DNA of 64,000 nt, taken from Escherichia coli. Its GTDB lineage: Bacteria; Pseudomonadota; Gammaproteobacteria; Enterobacterales; Enterobacteriaceae. The translations under genes and the position numbers were made by a program. The notes under the pieces are model-generated. The model had not been told where the DNA came from. It saw only the letters and a program-made list of their open reading frames with translations, and searched no databases. Of the stretch, positions 41,061 through 50,518 are shown in pieces; position 1 is the stretch's first letter, and each line of letters opens with the position of its first letter. The DNA lies in assembly GCF_003991155.1 (NCBI RefSeq), contig NZ_CP031293.1; one strand, 5' to 3'.

Positions 41061-43066
41061 AAAACATAACGCTGTGGCAGCGTTTAAGACAGGTCAGTAT
41101 CAGTACCAGCTTACGTTGCGCATTTCTGATGGGGGCACTACTGACCCTGATTGTCAGTAGTGTCAGTCTGTATTCATGGCATGAACAAAGCTCACAAATT
41201 CGTTACTCGCTGGATGAGTATTTTCCCCGTATTCACTCTGCTTTCCTTATTGAAGGGAACCTGAATCTGGTGGTAGACCAGCTAAATGAATTTTTGCAGG
41301 CTCCCAACACCACGGTGCGATTGCAACTTCGTACCCAGATTATTCAGCATCTCGACACCATAGAACGGCTTAGTCGGGGGCTGTCATCCCGGGAACGCCA
41401 ACAACTGACGGTCATTTTGCAGGACAGTCGATCACTGTTATCCGAGTTGGATCGTGCGCTTTACAACATGTTTTTACTACGGGAAAAGGTGAGTGAGCTA
41501 TCAGCGAGGATTGACTGGTTACACGATGATTTTACTACCGAGCTTAATTCTTTAGTGCAGGATTTCACCTGGCAGCAGGGAACGCTGCTGGATCAAATCG
41601 CCTCCCGACAGGGCGATACGGCGCAATACCTGAAGCGATCTCGTGAAGTGCAAAATGAACAGCAGCAGGTTTATACCCTGGCACGCATTGAAAATCAGAT
41701 TGTTGACGATCTGCGTGACAGACTCAATGAACTCAAATCAGGACGTGATGACGACACACAGGTGGAAACTCATCTCCGTTATTTTGAAAATCTGAAAAAA
41801 ACGGCAGATGAAAATATACGTATGCTGGATGACTGGCCTGGCACCATTACCCTGAGGCAGACTATCGATGAATTGCTGGATATGGGAATCGTAAAAAACA
41901 AAATGCCGGATACGATGCGTGAATATGTCGCCGCCCAAAAAGCCTTAGAGGATGCCAGTCGCACCAGGGAAGCGACACTGGGTCTCTTCAGAACGTTACT
42001 GGAAGCGCAGCTTGGCAGTACTCATCAACAAATGCAGATGTTTAATCAACGAATGGAACAAATTGTTCGCGTTAGCGGTGGGCTGATCCTAGTGGCGACA
42101 GCACTGGCGTTACTGCTGGCATGGGTATTCAACCATTATTTTATCCGCTCACGGTTGGTGAAACGCTTTACCCTACTGAATCAGGCCGTTGTGCAAATTG
42201 GTCTGGGAGGCACGGAAACGACTATTCCTGTTTATGGGAATGATGAACTGGGGAGAATTGCAGGATTATTACGCCATACTCTCGGGCAGCTCAATGTGCA
42301 AAAACAGCAACTTGAACAAGAAATTACCGATCGAAAGGTGATAGAAGCCGATCTGCGTGCCGCCCAGGACGAACTGATTCAGACAGCGAAGTTGGCGGTA
42401 GTCGGGCAAACGATGACCACGCTGGCCCACGAGATCAATCAGCCGCTAAATGCGCTGTCGATGTATCTGTTTACAGCCCGCAGGGCCATTGAACAGACCC
42501 AGATAGAACAGGCCTGCATGATGCTTGGTAAAGCCGAAGGGGTGATTAGTCGCATTGACGCCATTATCCGTTCACTACGGCAGTTTACCCGGCGCGCCGA
42601 ACTGGAAATATCACTCCATGCCATTGATTTAGCAAAGATGTTCAGTGCGGCCTGGGAACTTCTGGCCATGCGTCATCGCCCTTTGCAAGCTACGCTTGTT
42701 CTGCCACAAGGTACAGCCACAGTTTCAGGCGATGAGGTCAGAACCCAGCAGGTACTGGTTAACGTACTGGCGAATGCGCTTGATGTTTGTGGGCAAGGCG
42801 CTGTCATTACCGTTAACTGGCAAATGCAGGGTAAAACGCTGAACGTATTCATTGGCGATAATGGCCCGGGCTGGCCTGAGGCATTGTTGCCTTCGTTATT
42901 GAAGCCGTTTACCACCAGTAAAGAAATAGGACTGGGTATTGGTCTTTCAATTTGTGTGTCGTTAATGGAGCAAATGAAAGGGGAATTACGGCTGGCATCA
43001 ACGATGACCAGGAATGCCTGTGTGGTACTGCAATTCAGACTAACGGATGTGGAAGATGCTAAGTAG
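41057..43066 (+). CDS. pgtB: Sensor histidine kinase of the phosphoglycerate transport system
   Basis: 669 aa with N-terminal membrane/periplasmic sensor region, H-box (TMTTLAHEINQPLNAL) and C-terminal ATPase domain; 4-bp start overlap with pgtC. Confidence 0.85.
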   Translation: MKNITLWQRLRQVSISTSLRCAFLMGALLTLIVSSVSLYSWHEQSSQIRYSLDEYFPRIHSAFLIEGNLNLVVDQLNEFLQAPNTTVRLQLRTQIIQHLDTIERLSRGLSSRERQQLTVILQDSRSLLSELDRALYNMFLLREKVSELSARIDWLHDDFTTELNSLVQDFTWQQGTLLDQIASRQGDTAQYLKRSREVQNEQQQVYTLARIENQIVDDLRDRLNELKSGRDDDTQVETHLRYFENLKKTADENIRMLDDWPGTITLRQTIDELLDMGIVKNKMPDTMREYVAAQKALEDASRTREATLGLFRTLLEAQLGSTHQQMQMFNQRMEQIVRVSGGLILVATALALLLAWVFNHYFIRSRLVKRFTLLNQAVVQIGLGGTETTIPVYGNDELGRIAGLLRHTLGQLNVQKQQLEQEITDRKVIEADLRAAQDELIQTAKLAVVGQTMTTLAHEINQPLNALSMYLFTARRAIEQTQIEQACMMLGKAEGVISRIDAIIRSLRQFTRRAELEISLHAIDLAKMFSAAWELLAMRHRPLQATLVLPQGTATVSGDEVRTQQVLVNVLANALDVCGQGAVITVNWQMQGKTLNVFIGDNGPGWPEALLPSLLKPFTTSKEIGLGIGLSICVSLMEQMKGELRLASTMTRNACVVLQFRLTDVEDAK

Positions 43067-44303
43067 TGAATATTCGATTCTGCTGATTGATGATGATGCA
43101 GATGTGCTGGACGCCTACACACAGTTACTTGAACAGTCAGGCTATCGGGTTTTTGCCTGTAACAATCCTTTTGAGGCGCAGGCGTGGATACAACCAGACT
43201 GGCCAGGCATTGTGCTAAGTGATGTGTGTATGCCTGGCTGCTCTGGTATCGATTTGATGATGTTATTCCACCAGGATGATCAACAGATCCCCATTCTGCT
43301 TATCACCGGGCACGGCGACGTGCCAATGGCAGTTGATGCGGTAAAAAAAGGCGCGTGGGATTTTTTGCAAAAACCGGTTGATCCCGGCAAATTGCTTTCT
43401 CTGGTTGAAGAGGCGCTACGCCAGCGTCAATCAATCATTGCGCGTCGTCAGTATTGCCAACAGACATTGCAGGTGGAGTTGATAGGGAGAAGTGAATGGA
43501 TAAATCAGTATCGGCGACGTTTACAGCAGTTGTCTGAGACAGATATTGCCGTCTGGCTCTACGGTGCCCCTGGCACAGGACGGATGACCGGTGCACGTTA
43601 TCTGCACCAATTTGGACGTAATGCACAAGGCGAATTTGTCTACCGCGAGCTGACACCAGACAATGCACCACAGCTTAATGATTTCATTGCGCTGGCTCAG
43701 GGGGGAACATTAGTGCTCAGCCATCCTGAACACCTGACGCGTGAACAGCAGTACCATCTGGTTCAGTTACAAAGCCAGGAACACAGACCTTTTCGCCTGA
43801 TTGGTATTGGAGACACCTCGCTGGTCGAGCTGGCCGCCAGCAACCATATCATCGCGGAGCTCTATTACTGCTTTGCAATGACACAAATCGCTTGCCTGCC
43901 ATTAACTCAACGCCCCGACGATATTGAACCACTGTTTCGCCACTACCTTTGTAAGGCATGTCAACGGCTTAACCATCCTGTTCCGGAAGTGGGAAAAGAG
44001 ATGCTCAAAGAGATGATGCGCCGCATGTGGCCAAATAATGTGCGAGAGCTGGCCAATGCAGCAGAACTGTTTACTGTAGGAATATTACCGCTGGCAGAAA
44101 CAGCAAACCCGTTGATGCACGTCGGAACCCCGGCACCGCTTGACAGGCGAGTGGAGGACGCTGAGCGACAGATAATCACAGAGGCGCTTAATATCCATCA
44201 GGGGCGTATCAATGAGGTTGCTGAATATTTACAAATCCCACGGAAAAAACTCTATCTCAGAATGAAAAAATACGGTCTTAGTAAGGAGCATTATAAAATT
44301 TAA
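43056..44303 (+). CDS. pgtA: NtrC-family (sigma-54-dependent) response regulator of the phosphoglycerate transport system
   Basis: Receiver domain (ILLIDDDADVLDAY ... VLSDVCMPGCSGIDL), AAA+ sigma-54 activator core (GAPGTGR) and C-terminal helix-turn-helix. ATG 43056 gives 415 aa, matching my recollection of Salmonella PgtA; the ORF-track start 43047 is also an ATG. Confidence 0.85.
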   Translation: MLSSEYSILLIDDDADVLDAYTQLLEQSGYRVFACNNPFEAQAWIQPDWPGIVLSDVCMPGCSGIDLMMLFHQDDQQIPILLITGHGDVPMAVDAVKKGAWDFLQKPVDPGKLLSLVEEALRQRQSIIARRQYCQQTLQVELIGRSEWINQYRRRLQQLSETDIAVWLYGAPGTGRMTGARYLHQFGRNAQGEFVYRELTPDNAPQLNDFIALAQGGTLVLSHPEHLTREQQYHLVQLQSQEHRPFRLIGIGDTSLVELAASNHIIAELYYCFAMTQIACLPLTQRPDDIEPLFRHYLCKACQRLNHPVPEVGKEMLKEMMRRMWPNNVRELANAAELFTVGILPLAETANPLMHVGTPAPLDRRVEDAERQIITEALNIHQGRINEVAEYLQIPRKKLYLRMKKYGLSKEHYKI

Positions 44304-44324
44304 CCATCAGACTTGTGAGCTTGT

Positions 44325-44552
44325 TCATAATGTTATGTCATTTGTGTGATTCATAGACATCGTTTCAATTTTCTCAGCAAGTTCAAAGTAGTGTTCCATC
44401 GGAGTTTTACCGTTGTGAGCGCTATGAGGACGTTCCCAGTTATAGTAATGCTGCCATTCTGCCAGCAGTTCCTTCAGGTCATCAGCAGAAAGATCTACGG
44501 TAGCGTAAAACTCAGCTTTGTTCACGATCACCAACATCGTAAATGGCTCCAC
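44325..44552 (-). mobile_element. IS3-family transposase C-terminal fragment
   Basis: ...LAEWQHYYNWERPHSAHNGKTPMEHY... is the conserved integrase-core C-terminal signature (YN-x-ERPHS) of IS3-family transposases; only about 75 codons remain. Confidence 0.6.
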
Positions 44553-44854
44553 CTCGATACCTGCCAGTTCATGAGATTAGTCGAATCCGATGTTCCCCGC
44601 GTTATGTGCCCGAAGCGTTGTTGCCAGCCCCTGCCTGTAGCATGGACTGGTCCGGCAGCCGGTACTCGCTGCTGTTCGAATTGTTCGTGCTCTCATGGCT
44701 AAAAATCAGCACCGTTGATGCCGTCAGGAAACAACTTAAAATTAGCTGGAATGCCGTTGACGGCATTATGACTCGTGTGGTTAAGCGCGGTCTGTCCCGG
44801 ATGAAAAAGCCTTTATTAGCACGTCATATGAATGTAGACGAAGTCGCCTTTAAA
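44543..44854 (+). pseudogene. ISL3-like transposase N-terminal remnant, interrupted by the IS66 insertion
   Basis: ...LKISWNAVDGIMTRVVKRGLSR...ARHMNVDEVAFK, continuing after the IS66 element (47554 onward) as ...YRYITVISDRNGRTLELTDD in another frame. This resembles the ISL3-family pattern (GIDEFAFRKGH-Y-TVV-D) as I recall it. Confidence 0.4.
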
Positions 44855-44907
44855 GTAAGCGCCTCATCTGAACCGTCTGGTCTGTTTCCTCCGGCTCCAC
44901 AAAAATA

Positions 44908-45585
44908 ATGTCCATCATTTTTAATGGACACTATCGTATGGAATACCGGACCTGGATCACCGAAGCTTTACGTCTTCACTTTGAAGAACATTTACCACGG
45001 ATTGTGGCCGGACGTCGCCTGGGCGTACCAAAATCAACAGTTTGTGGTATGTTCGTGCGCTTCCGCAAAGCTGGCCTTTCATGGCCTCTGCCCGCAGGTA
45101 TGTCGGAGCGGGAACTTGATGCCCGTCTTTACGGGAGTGCCTCCACAGTACCTGTCGTACTTACTGAAAACACCGTTATGTCCGAAGTCCCGGTGGTAAA
45201 AAAACGTCCCCGGCGGCCTAATTTTCCTTATGAGTTTAAAATCGCCTTAGTGGAGCAGTCACTGCAGCCCGGAGCCTGTGTGGCGCAGATCGCCCGTGAA
45301 AACGGAATCAACGATAACCTGCTCTTCAACTGGCGCCATCAATACCGGAAAGGTGGCCTGCTGCCTTCCGGAAAAAATATGCCTGCACTGCTTCCCGTGA
45401 CGTTAACGCCGGAGCCGGATAATAAAATCCCGGCTCCGGCACAGGAACCAGAGCAGATAAATACACCGTCCGACAGTCTGTGCTGTGAGCTGGTTCTGCC
45501 GGCCGGAACTCTCAGGCTGAAAGGTGAACTGACACCGGCGTTATTACAGACACTTATCCGCGAAATGAAAGGGAGCAGCCACTGA
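44908..45585 (+). CDS. IS66-family orf1 (TnpA-like accessory protein)
   Basis: First ORF of the IS66 element; helix-turn-helix region ...FKIALVEQSLQPGACVAQIARENGINDNLLFNWRHQYRKGG. Confidence 0.8.
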   Translation: MSIIFNGHYRMEYRTWITEALRLHFEEHLPRIVAGRRLGVPKSTVCGMFVRFRKAGLSWPLPAGMSERELDARLYGSASTVPVVLTENTVMSEVPVVKKRPRRPNFPYEFKIALVEQSLQPGACVAQIARENGINDNLLFNWRHQYRKGGLLPSGKNMPALLPVTLTPEPDNKIPAPAQEPEQINTPSDSLCCELVLPAGTLRLKGELTPALLQTLIREMKGSSH

Positions 45586-45932
45586 TGATATCTCTCCCTG
45601 CAGGTTCGCGTATCTGGCTGGTTGCCGGTATCACCGACATGCGAAATGGCTTTAACGGCCTGGCCTCAAAAGTTCAGAACGTCCTGAAGGATGACCCGTT
45701 CTCCGGACACCTGTTCATCTTCCGCGGACGCCGGGGTGACCAGATAAAAGTGTTGTGGGCTGACAGCGACGGACTGTGCCTCTTCACCAAACGCCTGGAG
45801 CGGGGCCGCTTCGTCTGGCCGGTCACCCGTGACGGCAAGGTGCACCTTACTCCGGCCCAGTTATCCATGCTTCTTGAGGGCATCGACTGGAAACATCCAA
45901 AACGAACGGAACGCACTGGCATCCGCATATAA
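45585..45932 (+). CDS. IS66-family TnpB (orf2)
   Basis: 115 aa; MISLPAGSRIWLVAGITDMRNGFNGLA...HLFIFRGRRGDQIKVLWADSDGLCLFTKRLERGRFVWP matches the conserved IS66 orf2 as I recall it; ATGA start overlap with orf1. Confidence 0.85.
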   Translation: MISLPAGSRIWLVAGITDMRNGFNGLASKVQNVLKDDPFSGHLFIFRGRRGDQIKVLWADSDGLCLFTKRLERGRFVWPVTRDGKVHLTPAQLSMLLEGIDWKHPKRTERTGIRI

Positions 45933-45951
45933 CCCGTTGTAAAGTGAGGAT

Positions 45952-47523
45952 ATGGACACCTCACTTGCTCATGAGAACGCCCGCCTGCGGGCACTGTTGC
46001 AGGCGCAACAGGACACCATCCGCCAGATGGCCGAATACAATTGCCTGCTCTCACAGCGGGTGGCGGCTTATGCTTCTGAAATCAACCGGCTGAAGGCGCT
46101 GGTTGCAAAACTGCAGCGCATGCAGTTCGGTAAAAGCTCAGAAAAACTTCGCGCAAAAACCGAACGACAGATACAGGAAGCACAGGAGCGAATCAGCGCA
46201 CTTCAGGAAGAAATGGCGGAAACACTGGGTGAGCAATATGACCCGGCACTGCCATCTTCCCTGCGCCAGTCTTCAGCCCGTAAACCGTTACCGGCTGCAC
46301 TTCCCCGTGAATCCCGGGTTATCCGGCCGGAAGAGGAATGCTGCCCGGCTTGTGGTGGCGAACTCAGTTCTCTGGGATGTGATGTGTCAGAGCAACTGGA
46401 GCTTATCAGCAGCGCCTTTAAGGTTATCGAAACACAACGTCCGAAACTGGCCTGTTGCCGGTGCGACCATATCGTGCAGGCACCAGTACCTTCAAAACCC
46501 ATTGCACGCAGTTATGCCGGAGCGGGGCTTCTGGCTCATATCGTCACCGGGAAGTATGCAGACCATCTGCCGTTATACCGCCAGTCAGAAATATACCGTC
46601 GTCAGGGCGTGGAACTGAGCCGCGCCACGCTGGGGCGCTGGACCAGTGCCGTTGCTGAACTGCTGGAGCCGCTGTATGACGTGCTGCGCCAGTATGTGCT
46701 GATGCCCGGTAAAGTCCATGCGGATGATATCCCCGTTCCGGTCCAGGAGCCGGGCAGTGGTAAAACAAGAACTGCCCGGCTGTGGGTTTACGTCCGTGAT
46801 GACCGTAACGCCGGTTCACAGATGCCCCCGGCGGTCTGGTTCGCGTACAGCCCGGACCGGAAAGGTATCCATCCACAGAATCACCTGGCCGGTTACAGCG
46901 GTGTGCTTCAGGCCGATGCTTACGGTGGTTACCGGGCGTTATACGAATCCGGCAGAATAACGGAAGCCGCGTGTATGGCCCATGCCCGGAGAAAAATCCA
47001 CGATGTGCATGCAAGAGCGCCTACCGATATCACCACGGAAGCCCTGCAGCGTATCGGTGAACTGTATGCAATCGAGGCAGAGGTCCGGGGATGTTCAGCA
47101 GAACAGCGTCTGGCGGCAAGAAAAGCCAGAGCTGCGCCACTGATGCAGTCGTTGTACGACTGGATACAGACTCAGATGAAAACACTGTCGCGTCACTCGG
47201 ATACGGCAAAAGCGTTCGCATACCTGCTGAAACAGTGGGGTGGCCTGAACGTGTACTGCAGTAATGGCTGGGTGGAAATCGACAACAACATCGCAGAGAA
47301 CGCCTTACGGGGAGTAGCCGTAGGCCGGAAAAACTGGCTGTTCGCAGGTTCCGACAGCGGTGGTGAACATGCGGCGGTGTTGTACTCGCTGATCGGCACA
47401 TGTCGTCTGAACAATGTGGAGCTAGAAAAGTGGCTGCGCTACGTCATTGAGCATATCCAGGACTGGCCGGCAAACCGGGTACGCGATCTGTTGCCCTGGA
47501 AAGTTGATCTGAGCTCTCAGTAA
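45952..47523 (+). CDS. IS66-family transposase TnpC
   Basis: 523 aa with N-terminal coiled-coil/leucine-zipper region, CxxC...CxxC zinc motif (CPACGG...CCRCDH) and DDE core; conserved C-terminal ...[23 protein letters not shown]... Confidence 0.85.
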   Translation: MDTSLAHENARLRALLQAQQDTIRQMAEYNCLLSQRVAAYASEINRLKALVAKLQRMQFGKSSEKLRAKTERQIQEAQERISALQEEMAETLGEQYDPALPSSLRQSSARKPLPAALPRESRVIRPEEECCPACGGELSSLGCDVSEQLELISSAFKVIETQRPKLACCRCDHIVQAPVPSKPIARSYAGAGLLAHIVTGKYADHLPLYRQSEIYRRQGVELSRATLGRWTSAVAELLEPLYDVLRQYVLMPGKVHADDIPVPVQEPGSGKTRTARLWVYVRDDRNAGSQMPPAVWFAYSPDRKGIHPQNHLAGYSGVLQADAYGGYRALYESGRITEAACMAHARRKIHDVHARAPTDITTEALQRIGELYAIEAEVRGCSAEQRLAARKARAAPLMQSLYDWIQTQMKTLSRHSDTAKAFAYLLKQWGGLNVYCSNGWVEIDNNIAENALRGVAVGRKNWLFAGSDSGGEHAAVLYSLIGTCRLNNVELEKWLRYVIEHIQDWPANRVRDLLPWKVDLSSQ

Positions 47524-48101
47524 ATATCAATACGGTTCTGACGAGCCGCTTACCCTTTAAAAAGGTATAGGTATATAACAGTAATATCTGATCGTAACGG
47601 ACGGACGCTGGAATTAACCGATGACCGCAGCACAGAGAGTAGGGGATGCGGACGGTCAAAGATCGCGGCGTTGGATTTTATAAATCTGTCTCCAGTAGTA
47701 GATGAACTGAATACAAAGTTGCCAGAGAGTGGTCTGTCAGGCAGGGAATCAGAAACTGGATATTATTGACTGGTACATTGTGTCGGGCTGTGTACGTTCT
47801 CCCCGGACAGACAGTCTCAGTTCGTAGAATCTATAAATTACTGCTACTGATGCTGCCGGGGAAAGGCGTAACGAAAAAACAGCCTCCGTTACCGGACAGC
47901 AAGGAGGCTGAATGGAGTTTACAGGATTTGCTTTTTTATAATGTCTGGCCATGCAGTAAAACCGGACAGGTTTTATTATCATGTGAGGTATTCTGACATA
48001 AAATGCTGGATTTTTATTTTGTGACGAATGCTGCAAAATTGAATCTGCACTCTGATGTAACTTTTATCTGTTTCAGTGAAGCATGCCCACAAATTGAGTT
48101 A

Positions 48102-48335
48102 TTAAGTTGTGGAAGAACAGTTTTGTCCCGCCTGCATCTCTCCTTTCAAAAACCAGTATGTTGCCATGCCTCGCCTTAATGGAGAGCGCTGAACCACACC
48201 TTCTTTTTCCAGTAATAACAGGTAATAGCGTGCCTGATAATCCGTTACCGCCAGCGCCTCCGCAATTTCTGCGGTTTTCCCTCCATTATGCCTGTTCAGA
48301 AATTCCAGTATTTCATTCTTCATATATTCACTCAT
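48102..48335 (-). CDS. papI: P-fimbrial phase-variation regulator PapI
   Basis: 77-aa protein [66 protein letters not shown]... matches PapI as I recall it; divergent from papB across the regulatory region. Confidence 0.9.
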   Translation of the reverse strand: MSEYMKNEILEFLNRHNGGKTAEIAEALAVTDYQARYYLLLLEKEGVVQRSPLRRGMATYWFLKGEMQAGQNCSSTT

Positions 48336-48528
48336 CTCACTGTAACAAAGTTTCTTCGAATAATAAAAATCATGCTCTCTGTTATCAACGGAAAGGTATT
48401 TTTATTCTCTATGTTTGCTTTATTTGTGAAATTTAGTGAATTTGCTTTTTGTTGGCTTTATTTGATGTGTATCACATTTTGTGTGTTATTTTTCTGTGAA
48501 AAGAAAGTCCGTAAAAATGCATTTAGAC

Positions 48529-48634
48529 GATCTTTTATGCTGTAAATTCAATTCACCATGATGTTTTTATCTGAGTGTATTCTTGTTGTTGGTGTTTTAT
48601 TCTGGTTTGATTTTGTTTTGTGGGTTAAAAGATC
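48529..48634. promoter_or_regulatory. pap phase-variation control region: two Dam GATC sites 102 bp apart (Lrp/PapI switch)
   Basis: GATC at 48529..48532 (ACGATCTTTTA) and 48631..48634 (AAGATCGTTTAAA), centre-to-centre 102 bp, in the 404-bp papI-papB intergenic region. A CRP-like TGTG...CACA element at about 48461..48485 is only tentative. Confidence 0.7.
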
Positions 48635-48739
48635 GTTTAAATCAATATTTACAACATAAAAAACTAAATTTAACTTATTGCGTGAAGAGTATTTCAGGGC
48701 CGGAAGCATATATCCAGGGGCCCGACAGAAGGGGGAAAC

Positions 48740-49054
48740 ATGGCGCATCATGAAGTCATCAGTCGGTCAGGAAATGCGTTTTTGCTGAATATACGCGAGA
48801 GCGTACTGTTGCCCGGCTCTATGTCTGAAATGCATTTTTTTTTACTGATAGGTATTTCTTCTATTCACAGTGACAGGGTCATTCTGGCTATGAAGGACTA
48901 TCTGGTAGGTGGGCACTCCCGTAAGGAGGTCTGCGAGAAATACCAGATGAATAATGGGTATTTCAGTACAACACTGGGGAGACTTATACGGCTGAATGCT
49001 CTTGCAGCAAGGCTTGCACCTTATTATACAGATGAGTCGTCGGCATTTGACTAA
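48740..49054 (+). CDS. papB: P-fimbrial transcriptional regulator PapB
   Basis: 104-aa protein MAHHEVISRSGNAFLLNIRESVLLPGSMSEMHFFLLIGISSIHSDRVILAMKDYLVGGHSRKEVCEKYQMNNGYF... matches PapB-family regulators as I recall them. Confidence 0.9.
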   Translation: MAHHEVISRSGNAFLLNIRESVLLPGSMSEMHFFLLIGISSIHSDRVILAMKDYLVGGHSRKEVCEKYQMNNGYFSTTLGRLIRLNALAARLAPYYTDESSAFD

Positions 49055-49261
49055 ATTATGGCATTCCGGAGTTTCTGGAAGATAAAAAAAGAAGTCCTTA
49101 TCAGAAAGCAGACAGGTTATATCAGTATTCTGTCGATAAATAACCTGCCCTGAAAATACGAGAATATTATTTGTATTGATCTGGTTATTAAAGGTAATCG
49201 GGTCATTTTAAATTGCCAGATATCTCTGGTGTGTTCAGTAATGAAAAAGAGGTTGTTATTT

Positions 49262-49810
49262 ATGATTAAGTCGGTTATTGCCGGTGCGGTAGCTATGGCA
49301 GTGGTGTCTTTTGGTGTAAATGCTGCTCCAACTACTCCACAGGGGCAGGGTAGAGTAACCTTTAACGGAACTGTTGTTGATGCTCCATGCAGCATTTCTC
49401 AGAAATCAGCTGATCAGTCTATTGATTTTGGACAGCTTTCAAAAAGCTTCCTTGAGGCAGGAGGTACATCCAAGCCAATGGATTTAGATATTGAGTTAGT
49501 AAATTGCGATATTACAGCTTTTAAACAAGGTCAACCAGCTAAAAACGGTAAGGTTCAATTATCTTTTACTGGGCCACAAGTAACGGGGCAGACTGAAGAA
49601 TTAGCAACTAACGGCGGTACGGGCACAGCTATTGTAGTTCAGGCTGCAGGCAAAAACGTTTCTTTCGATGGGACTGCAGGTGACGCTTATCCCCTGAAAG
49701 ATGGTGATAATGTTCTTCATTATACAGCTCTTGTGAAAAAAGCGAATGGCGGTACTGTTTCTGAAGGTGCTTTTTCTGCAGTTGCAACCTTTAATTTAAG
49801 TTACCAGTAA
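49262..49810 (+). CDS. papA: P-fimbrial major pilin PapA
   Basis: Start placed at ATG 49262 (MIKSVIAGAVAMAVVSFGVNA signal peptide) after an AAGAGG ribosome-binding site; pilin with conserved Cys pair and C-terminal ...ATFNLSYQ beta-strand motif. Confidence 0.85.
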   Translation: MIKSVIAGAVAMAVVSFGVNAAPTTPQGQGRVTFNGTVVDAPCSISQKSADQSIDFGQLSKSFLEAGGTSKPMDLDIELVNCDITAFKQGQPAKNGKVQLSFTGPQVTGQTEELATNGGTGTAIVVQAAGKNVSFDGTAGDAYPLKDGDNVLHYTALVKKANGGTVSEGAFSAVATFNLSYQ

Positions 49811-49872
49811 TTCATCTGATTTTTACAGGGTGAGGCAAGACCCACCCTGTGTCTGACAACGACATTTAAGGT

Positions 49873-50460
49873 ATGAAGAATTTTTGTGTTCTGTTTGTGA
49901 TGTATTTCTGGAGTACATTACTTCATGCTGTATCTTCAGAGCCATTTCCTCCGCCCGGCATGTCCCTTCCTGAATACTGGGGAGAAGAACACGTATGGTG
50001 GGATGGCAGGGCTACTTTTCATGGTGAGGTTGTCAGACCTGCCTGTACTCTGGCGATGGAAGACGCCTGGCAGATTATTGATATGGGGGAAACCCCGGTA
50101 CGGGATTTACAGAATGGTTTCTCCGGACCTGAAAGAAAATTCAGCCTCCGGCTCAGGAATTGTGAATTTAACAGTCAGGGTGGGAACCTTTTCTCTGATT
50201 CCCGGATAAGGGTGACTTTCGATGGCGTCCGGGGTGAAACGCCGGATAAGTTTAATTTATCCGGTCAGGCAAAAGGAATTAATCTGCAGATAGCTGATGC
50301 CAGGGGAAATATTGCCCGGGCAGGGAAAGTAATGCCTGCAATACCATTGACGGGTAATGAAGAAGCGCTGGATTACACCCTCAGAATTGTGAGAAACGGA
50401 AAAAAACTTGAAGCCGGAAATTATTTTGCTGTGCTGGGATTCCGGGTCGATTATGAGTGA
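49873..50460 (+). CDS. papH: P-fimbrial minor subunit PapH (pilus terminator/anchor)
   Basis: 195 aa, position after papA and before the usher gene; pilin-like C-terminus (...LGFRVDYE). Confidence 0.85.
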   Translation: MKNFCVLFVMYFWSTLLHAVSSEPFPPPGMSLPEYWGEEHVWWDGRATFHGEVVRPACTLAMEDAWQIIDMGETPVRDLQNGFSGPERKFSLRLRNCEFNSQGGNLFSDSRIRVTFDGVRGETPDKFNLSGQAKGINLQIADARGNIARAGKVMPAIPLTGNEEALDYTLRIVRNGKKLEAGNYFAVLGFRVDYE

Positions 50461-50518
50461 GTCACTCCGGTGAGATGTCCGGTTATTTATCTTTTTTGTG
50501 AATCTGGTGATGCGTGGA

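Larger units (their letters stand above)
44855..47553 (+). mobile_element. Complete IS66-family insertion sequence (about 2.7 kb) with imperfect terminal inverted repeats and 8-bp target-site duplication CCTTTAAA
   Basis: Left end GTAAGCGCCTCATCTGAACCG at 44855; the right end reverse-complements to GTAAGCGGCTCGTCAGAACCG, ending at 47553. Identical CCTTTAAA flanks at 44847..44854 and 47554..47561. Three ORFs in orf1-tnpB-tnpC order. Confidence 0.8.

Noticed and set aside
46103-47414. Multiple ORFs in alternative frames and antisense within IS66 tnpC (46103..46618, 46544..47014, 47030..47401 and others)
   Set aside because: They overlap the intact 523-aa TnpC reading frame, whose translation matches the IS66 family end to end.
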